Positions 32,872 through 41,820 of a stretch of 64,000 nt of DNA are shown here, piece by piece. The stretch lies in the NCBI GenBank assembly GCA_963726245.1, contig CAVSBT010000017.1, positions 150,240 to 214,239 on the forward strand, read 5' to 3'. The notes beneath the pieces are model-generated. The model did not search any database and had not been told where the DNA came from. It saw nothing but the letters and a program-made list of their open reading frames with translations. Numbering within the stretch: position 1 is the stretch's first letter; the number at the start of each line of letters is the position of its first letter. This DNA comes from an uncultured Chloroflexia bacterium (GTDB taxonomy: Bacteria; Chloroflexota; Dehalococcoidia; DSTF01; JALHUB01). The position numbers were made by a program, and so were the translations under genes.

Positions 32872-33654
32872 ATGGCTGAACTAGGGAGAGTCCTCTTTCA
32901 GGCCCGGGTCGCCCGTGGACTGACCATCGAGGACGCCGAGCGCGACACCCGCATCTCCAAGCGGTATCTGGAAGCCCTGGAAAGAGAGGACTTCTCCGCC
33001 TTTCCGGCTCCCTTCTATGCCCGCGCCTTCCTTCGCACCTATGCCCAGTACCTGGGTCTGGATGCCGGGCAGCTCCTGGCCGCGCTCCCCCATGCCCGGC
33101 TGGAGCCGGAGGTGTCGCCGCTGCCCGAGATCAGCCGTCCCACGACGCCCGGGTTCTCGATGAACTGGGTGGTGGCGGGCATAGTGGTCCTCTTCCTGCT
33201 GGCTGCCGGCCTCCTCCTCTACCGCTCGGCGCCCGGCAGCCAAGGCGGCATCATACCCGGCCAGCCCACTCGCGTCCCCACCGCCGAGCTTGCCCAGACA
33301 GGTACGGAGGCACCCCCTCCAGCAGTGGAGCCTACCTTGGAGACGCCGACGGCTGAGGCGCCCCCGGCCGAGGCGCCCCCGGAAGAAGCGCCCACTGCGG
33401 AGCCTGTCCCCACCCAACAGCCTCAGGGCCGCCCGATAGCGCCCACAGACCCCGGCATAGTGCCGGACTTCGGGGGCGCCACCCTGGACGCGTCCGTCGC
33501 CGTCCTCCGCGACAAAGGCATGAGCTACGTTGTCGTCGAGGTGGAGAACAGCGATGTTGCACCGGGTGTCGTCTTCGACCAGAGCCCGGCCCCCAACAGC
33601 AAGCTTGGTGACAATGAGTCTGTCACGCTTGTCGTTAGCCGCAGCGGCGTCTAG
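32872..33654 (+). CDS. RodZ-like HTH-TM protein with C-terminal PASTA domain
   Basis: TRISKRYLEALE...FLRTYAQYLGLD, one TM, Pro/Glu/Thr linker, VPDFGG...GVVFDQSP...VTLVVS. Confidence 0.8.
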   Translation: MAELGRVLFQARVARGLTIEDAERDTRISKRYLEALEREDFSAFPAPFYARAFLRTYAQYLGLDAGQLLAALPHARLEPEVSPLPEISRPTTPGFSMNWVVAGIVVLFLLAAGLLLYRSAPGSQGGIIPGQPTRVPTAELAQTGTEAPPPAVEPTLETPTAEAPPAEAPPEEAPTAEPVPTQQPQGRPIAPTDPGIVPDFGGATLDASVAVLRDKGMSYVVVEVENSDVAPGVVFDQSPAPNSKLGDNESVTLVVSRSGV

Positions 33655-33663
33655 CAGGTCTTC

Positions 33664-34989
33664 GTGCGCTATCACCTGGTGACTCTGGGCTGCCCCAAGA
33701 ACGTCGCCGACTCCGAGAAGCTAGAGGCGCTCCTCCGCGAGGGCTATCACGAGCCCGCCGACCGTCCCGCCGATGCCGACCTGATCGTGGTCAACACCTG
33801 TGGCTTCCTGGAGGCGGCTCGGCAGGAGTCGATTGACGCCGTCTTGCGGCTGGCCCTCGGTAAGCGGCTGGGGCAGAAGCTGGTGGTGGCGGGCTGCCTG
33901 ACGCAGCTGGACGCCCGGCAGCTCAAGGACGAAGCGCCGGAGGTAGACGCCTTCTTCGGCGTGGAGGCCTGGGAGCAGGTGGCGGCCCTCGCGGGCACCG
34001 CCTCCCGGCCCGACGCGCAGGCGCCCCTCGATATCCCGGAGACTTCGCGGGGCCGGCGGCCCAGCGCCTACCTGAAGATCTCTGACGGCTGCGACGCCCA
34101 CTGCGCCTTCTGCCTCATCCCCCGCATAAAGGGGCGCCTCCACAGCATCGAGCCCGACACCCTGGTCGCCGAGGCCAGGCGGCTGGCGGCCCAGGGGGTG
34201 CAGGAGCTGGTGCTGGTGGCCCAGGACAGCACCGCCTACGGGCGCGACCTCGGCCAGCGCGACGGCCTGCCTGAGCTGCTGGAACGCCTGGCGGAGGCCG
34301 TGCCGCAGGTGCCCTGGATCCGGGTGATGTATGCCTACCCCGGCCACGTCAGCGCTTCCCTGGCCCGCACCATGGCCTCGCTGCCCCAGGTATGCCACTA
34401 CCTGGACATACCGCTCCAGCACGCCAGCGCCGACGTCCTGCGGCGCATGCGCCGGCCCAGCAATCCGGACCATCTGCGTCAGATGCTCGCCCGCCTGCGC
34501 TCCGCCATGCCGGACATCGCCCTGCGCACCACCTTCATCGTGGGCTACCCGGGGGAGACAGAGGCGGAGTTCGAGGAGCTGCTGGACTTCGTGCAGGAGA
34601 CGCGCTTCGACCACGTCGGCGCCTTCGTCTACTCTCCGGAGCCGGGCACGCCGGCGGCGCAGGCGCCCGGACAGGTGGCGACGGTAGTCAAGCGCCGGCG
34701 CTACCGGCGCCTGATGCGACTCGCCCAGGAGGTGTCCCTGGCCCGCAACCGGCAGTGGGTGGGCCGCGAGCTCACGGTGCTGGTGGAGTCTGAGGCCGCT
34801 CCCGCCGGCCGCGGCGACGAGTCGCGACCCGAGGGAGATGAGGTGTTCGCCGGGCGCTCCTACCGTGACGCGCCGGAGGTCGACGGGCTGGTGCTGGGCC
34901 ACGGCCGCCCGCCGCCCGGCTCGATGGTGCGCGTGCGGGTCGAGCAAGCGTTGCCTTACGACCTGTGGGGCAGCCTGGTGCCCTCGTAA
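33664..34989 (+). CDS. rimO: Ribosomal protein S12 methylthiotransferase
   Basis: LGCPKN, NTCGF, AYLKISDGCDAHCAFC, APEVDG. Confidence 0.93.
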   Translation: MRYHLVTLGCPKNVADSEKLEALLREGYHEPADRPADADLIVVNTCGFLEAARQESIDAVLRLALGKRLGQKLVVAGCLTQLDARQLKDEAPEVDAFFGVEAWEQVAALAGTASRPDAQAPLDIPETSRGRRPSAYLKISDGCDAHCAFCLIPRIKGRLHSIEPDTLVAEARRLAAQGVQELVLVAQDSTAYGRDLGQRDGLPELLERLAEAVPQVPWIRVMYAYPGHVSASLARTMASLPQVCHYLDIPLQHASADVLRRMRRPSNPDHLRQMLARLRSAMPDIALRTTFIVGYPGETEAEFEELLDFVQETRFDHVGAFVYSPEPGTPAAQAPGQVATVVKRRRYRRLMRLAQEVSLARNRQWVGRELTVLVESEAAPAGRGDESRPEGDEVFAGRSYRDAPEVDGLVLGHGRPPPGSMVRVRVEQALPYDLWGSLVPS

Positions 34990-34999
34990 CGGATTGTCA

Positions 35000-35027
35000 G
35001 TAGGGGCGCGCGGCCGTGTGCCCCTAC
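35000..35027. repeat. REP-like palindrome
   Basis: GTAGGGGCGCGCGGCCGTGTGCCCCTAC, near-identical to 57732-57759. Confidence 0.72.
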
Positions 35028-35317
35028 AGCGCCTGGAGCATCTCGATTTCGTAGTCCAGGAGCTCCGCCTCCAGCCGGCTGCCGGCGATGTACTTGACCA
35101 CGTTCGTAAGCATCTCGTCGGCGTGGCGGGTGCTGTTGGAGACGCAGCTAATCCCCAGGGAGACGATCTGCCAGCTCTCGTTGTCGTCGATCTCGGCGAT
35201 GGCGACGTTGTACTTGTTTCGGACGCGGCTGGTGACGGACTTGATTAGCTGACGCTTGCCCTTCAGGGAGTCGTTCTCGGGCAGGCGCAGGGTGATGCGA
35301 CAGGCTCCGACGGTCAT
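35024..35317 (-). CDS. DUF503 (YlxP-like) protein
   Basis: SLKGKR...KYNVAIAEI...WQ pattern. Confidence 0.88.
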   Translation of the reverse strand: MTVGACRITLRLPENDSLKGKRQLIKSVTSRVRNKYNVAIAEIDDNESWQIVSLGISCVSNSTRHADEMLTNVVKYIAGSRLEAELLDYEIEMLQAL

Positions 35318-35883
35318 GGCTTCTCCCCCTCTGGGCCCGATCGCTCCTCCTTTGGCAGGGGCGGCAGGTCCTGCGGGCTCTCCAGGCCGAAGTGCTCCAG
35401 GAAGCGGACGGTGGTCGCCAGCAGGGCTGGGTGCCCCGGCGTGGCGGCCCGTCCTGCCTCCTCCACCAGGCCGCGGGCGATGAGGGTGGCCACAGCTCGG
35501 TCCGAGTTGACGCCGCGGATGGCGTCGATGGCGGCGCGGGTAATCGGCTGCCGGTAGGCGATGATAGCCAGGGCCTCCAGGGCGGCGTGGGAGAGGCGCT
35601 GCTCGTGGTCCATACCCAGGAGCCGTTCCACGTAGGGGGCGGCCTCGGGATCGGTCACCATCTGCACGTAGCGACCATCGCGCTGGACGCGGATGCCCCG
35701 GTCGCGGCACGCGGCGGCCAGGCTGACCAGCGTCTCTTCCACCTGCCCCGTCTCGATGCGGAGGACGCGCGCCAGCACTCCCATGTCCACCGGTCCCTGC
35801 GCCACGAAGAGAAGGCTCTCCAGGACGGCCCGGAGCCTCTCAGTCGGGGGTGGTTGCAGTCTTGGCACGTCGCCGCTCCCCAA
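35314..35883 (-). CDS. scpB: SMC-Scp complex subunit ScpB
   Basis: LESLLF, LEALAIIAYRQPITRA, IRGVNS, FLEHFGL. Confidence 0.93.
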   Translation of the reverse strand: MGSGDVPRLQPPPTERLRAVLESLLFVAQGPVDMGVLARVLRIETGQVEETLVSLAAACRDRGIRVQRDGRYVQMVTDPEAAPYVERLLGMDHEQRLSHAALEALAIIAYRQPITRAAIDAIRGVNSDRAVATLIARGLVEEAGRAATPGHPALLATTVRFLEHFGLESPQDLPPLPKEERSGPEGEKP

Positions 35884-35895
35884 TGGGCCTTTGTT

Positions 35896-35930
35896 CTATG
35901 CCCTATGCGTTATGCCCTGTGCGCTATGCG
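35896..35930. repeat. Five degenerate 7-bp tandem repeats
   Basis: CTATGCC CTATGCG TTATGCC CTGTGCG CTATGCG. Confidence 0.7.
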
Positions 35931-36640
35931 TCAGGCCCCGTGCCGGCTTGGGGGCTCTCGCCCTCGCCTTCCGCCGGCATCTCTTCGGCAGCGGGCGCTT
36001 CTTCGTCCGCCGCCGCCGCCTCGACGGTCATCGCCTGCGGCTCCTCGGCCGGAGCCGGCGGCGGAGAGGGCGAGGTCGTGGCCGGCTTCGCCGCCAGGCG
36101 CAGCTCCGAGTAGCGGAGGTTGAGGCGAGGCGGTCTCGCCATCTCGACGCTGAGCCGGTTCGTGAGTATGTTTTCCACCGCCCTGCATGCCTCCTCCGAG
36201 GTGAGGGCCAGGTTGGTATCCGGGTCCACGTGCAGCTCCAGGTCTACCTCCACACCCTTGCCGCGGGCCGCCACCATGGCCTTGACCTGGGTGACGTGCG
36301 GCACAGCGGACACCTCCTGCTGGAGGCGCTGGCCGATGGCGTCTGTCGAGAGGAGGGCGTCGCCGGCCCGCACGTCGCGCACGGGCACCCGCTCCGCCCG
36401 GGGCGGCGTCAGCTCGGCGATGACCACGACCAGGGCGAGGAGGGCCACCACGACGCCACCCAGGGTGAGGATGATGCGCGATCCGTTGTCGTCCTGGTGA
36501 TCGTGCAGGAACTGGACGAAGTCCGAGAGGCGCTGCACGCTCTCGGAGGCGGCGGCCCAGGTGAAGAGGATGACCAGCGCCACGGCGAACATGAGCAGCA
36601 GGGCACCCAACAAGATGATGAGGCGGTTGGCGACGTTCAT
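35924..36640 (-). CDS. AmaP-like alkaline-shock membrane anchor protein
   Basis: MNVANR start, two TM helices, Asp23-like domain, acidic tail; GAGGAGG RBS. Confidence 0.65.
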   Translation of the reverse strand: MNVANRLIILLGALLLMFAVALVILFTWAAASESVQRLSDFVQFLHDHQDDNGSRIILTLGGVVVALLALVVVIAELTPPRAERVPVRDVRAGDALLSTDAIGQRLQQEVSAVPHVTQVKAMVAARGKGVEVDLELHVDPDTNLALTSEEACRAVENILTNRLSVEMARPPRLNLRYSELRLAAKPATTSPSPPPAPAEEPQAMTVEAAAADEEAPAAEEMPAEGEGESPQAGTGPDA

Positions 36641-38077
36641 TGTTTCCTCCTCAAACTCTCGCCCCTGCCGGCCAAGCAGGCCAGATGCGCCGATGACGCC
36701 CAGACGAGCTCTCCCCAGACGCCTCCCTCGAATTCGCCCCGCCCTCGCGTCCGGCCGGCGGGCTGCGTCGAGCCGGTGCCGTCTCCGAGTCGGGCGGGCA
36801 GGATGCGGTTCCAGAGGTTGGCGTCGCTGCGGGTGAATACGCGGATGTAATTGTCGGTCAGGCCTTCCCAAAGCAGGCCGCCCCTGGTGCGCCGGGTCCT
36901 CTCCCAGAGCACGGGCATGACCCGCCCCAGGAAGCGCGCCTCGAAGGCGGCCCGCAGGTCGCGGCCCAGGGCCAGCAGGCGCCGCGTGCGCTCCCGCTTC
37001 ACGGGCTCCGGCACCTGGTCGTCCGCCAAAGGCGGACGGGCGGCGACGGTGCCCGGCCGGCGCGAGTAGGGGAAGACGTGCAGCGCGGCGAAGGCAGCCT
37101 CGCCGCAGAGGGCGTAGCGTCTCCTCGAAGTCGGCCTCGGACTCACCCGGGAAGCCGACCATGACGTCGGTCGTCACGGCCGCATCGGGGACGTGCCTGC
37201 GGATCAGGGCCAGGGCCTGGCGAAAGTCAGCGGCGGTGTAGCGGCGGCGCATGCGGGCGAGGACGTTGTCGCTGCCGCTCTGGAGAACCAGGTGGAAGTG
37301 GCGGCAGAGACGCGGGTCCTCCCACAGCGAGAGCAGCTCTGATGTGACGTCCTGCGGCTGTAGCGACGAGAGGCGTAGCCGCGGCGCCGCCGTCTCCCCC
37401 AGCAGGGCCCGCAGCAGCGCCGAGGGGCCGGAGGCGGCCGCGCCGTTGCTCCTCTCTCGCCCATGGGCGGCCCTGTAGGCACCCAACTGAGTGCCGGTGA
37501 GCACCACCTCCTGCACACCCTCTTTCTCGCGGGCGCGCACGGCGCTGACCACCTCATCCAGGGGCACGCTGCGCTCGCGGCCGCGGGTCCGGGGAACCAC
37601 GCAGAAGGCACAGACGTCGTTGCAGCCCTCCTGCACCTTGAGGAAGGCCCTGGTGCGCAGCAAACCCCAGGAGTCGGAACAGGACGCTGACTCGGCAACC
37701 CCGCCGGTCTGACGAACGCCCGGACCGGCGAGCCGGGCGGCCAGCGAAGGCTTCTCGTCGTTCTTCAGGATGAGGTCGGCGCCGATGGCGGCGGCCAGGC
37801 CCGGCCCGGCAGTCTCGACGTAGCAGCCGGTGACGATCACCGGCGCCACGGGCGAAAGGCGGCGGGCCAGACGGGCCAGGTGGCGGGCCTTGCGGTCGGC
37901 GACGTGGGTGACGGAGCAGGTGTTGATGACGAAGGCATCGGCGGCGGCGGGCCGGTCCACCACCTGGCAGCCCGCGGCCAGCAGGTCGCGGGCGATGGCC
38001 TCGGATTCGGCCTGGTTGAGCTTGCAGCCCAGGGTGAGGAGGCAGACGCGGCGGATGGTTGGGCTCTCGTTGGTCAT
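36637..38077 (-). CDS. mtaB: tRNA t6A37 methylthiotransferase (MiaB-like), frameshift near 37110
   Basis: LGCKLNQAES, NTCSVT, RAFLKVQEGCNDVCAFC, HVFPYSRRPGT, TDNY. Confidence 0.9.
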
Positions 38078-38237
38078 AAGAATGACGAGCCGGCAGGGGC
38101 TCGCCCACATGATAGCGGAACGAGGGGGGCTGTCAATCGAGGGGCTAGGAGCGGCCGGGGCTGCCCGTCAACGTCGCCGTCTTCGGACAGGGGAAAGGTT
38201 CCCGGCCGCCCCACGGTAAGGGGGGGAACCCGGAGGA

Positions 38238-38447
38238 TCAGTTGGTGTGGACCCGAATGGGGTGCTTGTGGCGTTGCACCATGGCCGAGAGCGCCAGCTC
38301 CGAGAGTCGGGCCTCCCGCAGGAGCGCCTCGGCGCGGGACCGCATGTCGTCTATGGCGCGTCGCTGGCGGCGCCGCCACAGATGGAGCGCCACTTCCATG
38401 GCCAGCGACCCGCCGGCCGCCAGGGCTCCGCTCAGCAAGAGCGTCAT
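38238..38447 (-). CDS. Small membrane protein, putatively SOS-regulated
   Basis: 69 aa, hydrophobic N-terminus then WRRRQRR; follows the 39-aa ORF. Confidence 0.5.
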   Translation of the reverse strand: MTLLLSGALAAGGSLAMEVALHLWRRRQRRAIDDMRSRAEALLREARLSELALSAMVQRHKHPIRVHTN

Positions 38448-38471
38448 GTCCCTATCGACTCCGGCGTCCGG

Positions 38472-38591
38472 CTAGCAGCGGGTGAAGCCGCAGATAGGGC
38501 AGCAGATGCAGCCCTCGCCGTGGACCAGCGGGCCGCCGCAGTCCGGACAGCGGACGCCCGTGAGATGACCCTTCGTTGTGCCCTTGCGCAT
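38472..38591 (-). CDS. 39-aa Cys-rich zinc-ribbon mini-protein (absent from ORF track)
   Basis: MRKGTTKGHLTGVRCPDCGGPLVHGEGCICCPICGFTRC; AGGAGG RBS just upstream. Confidence 0.75.
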   Translation of the reverse strand: MRKGTTKGHLTGVRCPDCGGPLVHGEGCICCPICGFTRC

Positions 38592-38607
38592 CGCTGTGCC
38601 TCCTAAG

Positions 38608-38665
38608 GAACATGTGTTCTTCTTCCTATACGTCAGTAATTATCAGAACAGCCGTTCTTTGTCAA
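38608..38665 (-). promoter_or_regulatory. Promoter with two LexA (SOS) boxes
   Basis: GAACatgtGTTC (38608-38619), GAACagccGTTC (38646-38657); minus-strand TTGACA and an AT-rich GATAAT flank the second box. Confidence 0.8.
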
Positions 38666-38700
38666 GGGGTTTGACGAAAAAAGAACAAATATTTTCGTGC

Positions 38701-38759
38701 GTAGGGGCGACCCCCCGTGGTCGCCCGGAAAAGGGGCAGGGACGGGGCCCTGCCCCTAC
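38701..38759. repeat. Inverted REP-like doublet
   Basis: GTAGGGGCGACCCCCCGTGGTCGCCC...GGGCAGGGACGGGGCCCTGCCCCTAC. Confidence 0.75.
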
Positions 38760-38857
38760 GCGCGCGGTGTCCAATTTCCGCAAGGTTGGATGAAACTACG
38801 GTGGGGGCGATATCATGAAGCGTCCGCTCAGCATGTTTAGCCGCTTGAGGAGGCCTG

Positions 38858-39982
38858 GTGCGGATTCTCATCGCTCCGCAGGAGTTCAAGGGCAGCCTCT
38901 CCGCTGTTGAGGCTGCCCAAGCCATGGCGGAAGGCCTGGGTCGCGCCCTTCCCGGCGTCGAGCTTGACCTGGCGCCCATGGCTGACGGGGGCCCGGGCAC
39001 CGTCGAGGCGCTGGTGTCGGCCGCCGGGGGGCGTCGTCTCACGTCCACGGTCGCCGGCCCTCTGGGGCGGCCCGTGGAGGCCGCCTGGGGACTGGTGGAG
39101 GAAGGCCCCACCGCCGTCATCGAGATGGCGGCGGCCTCGGGCCTCGTCCTTCTTCGCCCCCAGGAGCGCGACGCCCGCCGCGCCGGCACCTATGGCACCG
39201 GCCGGCTCATAGCCGCCGCCCTGGACGCGGGCTGCCGGCGCCTCATCATCGGGCTGGGCGGCAGCGCCACCAACGACGGTGGCGCGGGGATGGCTCAGGC
39301 CCTGGGCGTCCGCCTCAACGACGCGGAGGGCCGCGACCTGCCCGCCGGCGGCGCCGCCCTGGCCCGCCTGGCCCGCATCGACGTGAGCGGGCTGGACAAG
39401 CGCCTGCGCCACTGCCGCGTCCTGGGCGCCACCGACGTCACGAACCCCCTCTGCGGGCCCCACGGCGCCTCCGCCGTCTACGGGCCTCAGAAGGGCGCCT
39501 CGCCCTCCGATGTCGAGGAGCTGGACGCTGCCCTGGCCCACTACGCCGCCGTCATCGAGCGCGACCTGGGCAAGCGGGTGTCTGAGGTGCCCGGCGCGGG
39601 AGCGGCCGGCGGCGCCGGGGCCGGGCTCATCGCCTTCCTGGACGCCGAGCTGCGTCCCGGCGCCGAGCTCGTGGCGGAGGCGGTGGGCCTTGAGAGACGC
39701 ATCGCGGCCGCCGACCTGGTGGTCACCGGCGAAGGACGGCTGGACGCCCAGACGGCCTACGGCAAGACGGTGGCCACGGTGGCCCGCCTGGCGCGGCGGC
39801 AGGGCCGGCGTGTCGTCGCCCTGGCGGGGCGCGTCGACGACGCGCAGGAGGCCTGCTCGGCGCTGGGGCTGGAGGCGGCCCTCAGCATCGTGCCGCCGGC
39901 CACGCGCTGCCCGAGGCAGAGGCCATGTCGAGGGCGTCCGAGCTGCTGTCGGCCGCCGCCGAAAGCCTGCCACGATTGCTGA
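38858..39982 (+). CDS. glxK: Glycerate kinase (3' end probably frameshifted)
   Basis: FKGSL, PMADGG, GGSATNDGG, GAAGG, VTGEGRLD. Confidence 0.9.
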   Translation: MRILIAPQEFKGSLSAVEAAQAMAEGLGRALPGVELDLAPMADGGPGTVEALVSAAGGRRLTSTVAGPLGRPVEAAWGLVEEGPTAVIEMAAASGLVLLRPQERDARRAGTYGTGRLIAAALDAGCRRLIIGLGGSATNDGGAGMAQALGVRLNDAEGRDLPAGGAALARLARIDVSGLDKRLRHCRVLGATDVTNPLCGPHGASAVYGPQKGASPSDVEELDAALAHYAAVIERDLGKRVSEVPGAGAAGGAGAGLIAFLDAELRPGAELVAEAVGLERRIAAADLVVTGEGRLDAQTAYGKTVATVARLARRQGRRVVALAGRVDDAQEACSALGLEAALSIVPPATRCPRQRPCRGRPSCCRPPPKACHDC

Positions 39983-40050
39983 AGCTGGGACGTGGACATC
40001 CGGGCTGAGGGACTGCCGGCCCAAGAGATGCTGAGATGGCCGCTCCGGGC

Positions 40051-40539
40051 CTACTGCGGCTTCTGGGCCTGCGGTGCGGAAGAGCCAGGCCCGGCCGGGA
40101 CGGCGCCGGCCTTGATTGACAGCGCCGGCTTCCGGCCTGCCTGCCAGAGGAACACCAGCAGGGCCAGGAAGATGACCGCCACCGCAAAGGGAAGGACGGC
40201 ATGTTTGAGGTTGGTTAGCGTGGCGATGGCTATGCCCGCCTGGGAGACGTAGGGAAGCCAGCGGAAGACGCTGTACTTGGCCGGATTCCAGCCGAGAAGG
40301 GCGTAGACGGGGGCCAGGATCAGGACGTGAATGCCCAGGAGCCGCTGGGCCGCGTGCTGGTCTATGCCGGCGCTCAGGGAGCCGGCGTTGGCGGAGAAGA
40401 GGAGCGAGAGGCCCCAGATCGCGGTCCAGAAGGCCAACAGGATGAGGACAACGCGCCGGGCCGCGCCGACGCTGACCACGGCGCCATCTTCAGACGCGGC
40501 CTGCGTCGTCACCTTTCCCGCTTTCGATTGCTGAGCCAT
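40051..40539 (-). CDS. Hypothetical multi-pass membrane protein
   Basis: About four hydrophobic segments in 162 aa. Confidence 0.7.
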   Translation of the reverse strand: MAQQSKAGKVTTQAASEDGAVVSVGAARRVVLILLAFWTAIWGLSLLFSANAGSLSAGIDQHAAQRLLGIHVLILAPVYALLGWNPAKYSVFRWLPYVSQAGIAIATLTNLKHAVLPFAVAVIFLALLVFLWQAGRKPALSIKAGAVPAGPGSSAPQAQKPQ

Positions 40540-40703
40540 GGCGGCCGTCTCCCGTCACAGAGATCATCGGGAAGTTTCCCTTCCCACTGAAACTATTCTA
40601 GCACCTATGCATGACCCTAAGCCTGTTTCGGACAATCCGTGTCTGCCTGCCTGCCGGTAGGCAGGTCTGAGCCCATCTGTGGCTGAGGGTCAGCCGCCGG
40701 CGC

Positions 40704-41084
40704 TCAGTCCAGCCCCATCTCGGCCAGCTTCTCGTCCGAGATGCCGAAGTGGTGGGCGATCTCGTGGAGGACCGTCTTGCGCACCTCTTCCGTCAGCTCG
40801 GCCTCGTCGGGGAAGTCGCGCTCCAGCGGCTCCTGGAAGATGGTGATCTTGTCGGGCAGCACCAGCCCGTAGCCGCTGCGCTCTGTGAGGGGCACGCCGG
40901 AGTAGAGGCCGTACGGCATCTCGCCCGGGCGCAAGCCGGACTGCCGGCGGTCGTTCGGGCTCGGCCGGCGCTTGACGACTATGTCGATGTTGGAGAGCCG
41001 GTCGCGGAAGGGTGACGGAAGGCCGGCCAGGGCGCGCCGCACCAGACGCAAGAAACGCCCTCGGGGCATCACGGGCAGCCGCAC
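40704..41084 (-). CDS. Zincin-like metallopeptidase (Zincin_1/DUF1025)
   Basis: GLYSGVPLTER, PDKITIF, HEIAHHFGISD. Confidence 0.9.
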   Translation of the reverse strand: MRLPVMPRGRFLRLVRRALAGLPSPFRDRLSNIDIVVKRRPSPNDRRQSGLRPGEMPYGLYSGVPLTERSGYGLVLPDKITIFQEPLERDFPDEAELTEEVRKTVLHEIAHHFGISDEKLAEMGLD

Positions 41085-41156
41085 CTCTGGGTGGAGCGGA
41101 CGCGCGCTGGCGGCGGGCGCCGAGGAGAAGCCGGAAGGTTTGCACGCGGAGGCCCC

Positions 41157-41594
41157 TTAGCCGTGCGTCTGCCAGAGGGCCCGATAGCCCTCGCCGCGGA
41201 TGGCGCTTTGGACCTCGCCCCTCTCGAGATCCCGTAGCTCCTGGAGCACCTGCTCGCAGCGCTGAGCGGTGTCGGGGAATCCCTTCTCGGTGAGGCGCTC
41301 GACCAGGGCGCCCCAGACGCCGCTCTCCACCAGGCTATCGACGTGCCGGGGCCACCAGATGGAGGTGATCTTCTCCGGGAGGCGGAAGCGTGGCCGCAGG
41401 CGCTTCAGGCTGCGGAACCGCTCCTCGACCGAGGCGGCGGGAGGCACGAGCTTCAGCATAGGCGGGTCGATCTCCGTGTGGCGGCAGTCCGCCAGCAGGC
41501 GCTGGCTGACGATGACGAACCGGAACGTGAGGACGTCGGCGCTACGAACGGTGGCGATAATCTCGTTCAGGTCGAGGAAGTAGTCGTTGTCCAT
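41157..41594 (-). CDS. Hypothetical protein
   Basis: 145-aa ORF from MDNDYFLDL with host-like codon usage. Confidence 0.7.
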   Translation of the reverse strand: MDNDYFLDLNEIIATVRSADVLTFRFVIVSQRLLADCRHTEIDPPMLKLVPPAASVEERFRSLKRLRPRFRLPEKITSIWWPRHVDSLVESGVWGALVERLTEKGFPDTAQRCEQVLQELRDLERGEVQSAIRGEGYRALWQTHG

Positions 41595-41820
41595 AAGTGC
41601 TGAAAGCCGGTCTATCCGCGGGCAGCCACGGTGCGGGGAGGACACCCAGGAACGCAGCGTCGAGGGGGTAGCGCCTGCGGTCATTCTAGCACTGGAATTG
41701 GAAGGGCGGCAAGCAACCTTCTCGACCGTTGGTGGTCGACCAGGGGCCGTCTCGCGGCGTGGGGCCGCTTCTGCGCCCTGTGTTATAATCGAATGCAAGC
41801 GTAGCAGGCGGAGGGAAAGG

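Noticed and set aside
35924-38110. 728-aa MtaB-membrane protein fusion
   Set aside because: Caused by the mtaB frameshift; the AmaP-like gene has its own RBS and ATG at 36640.
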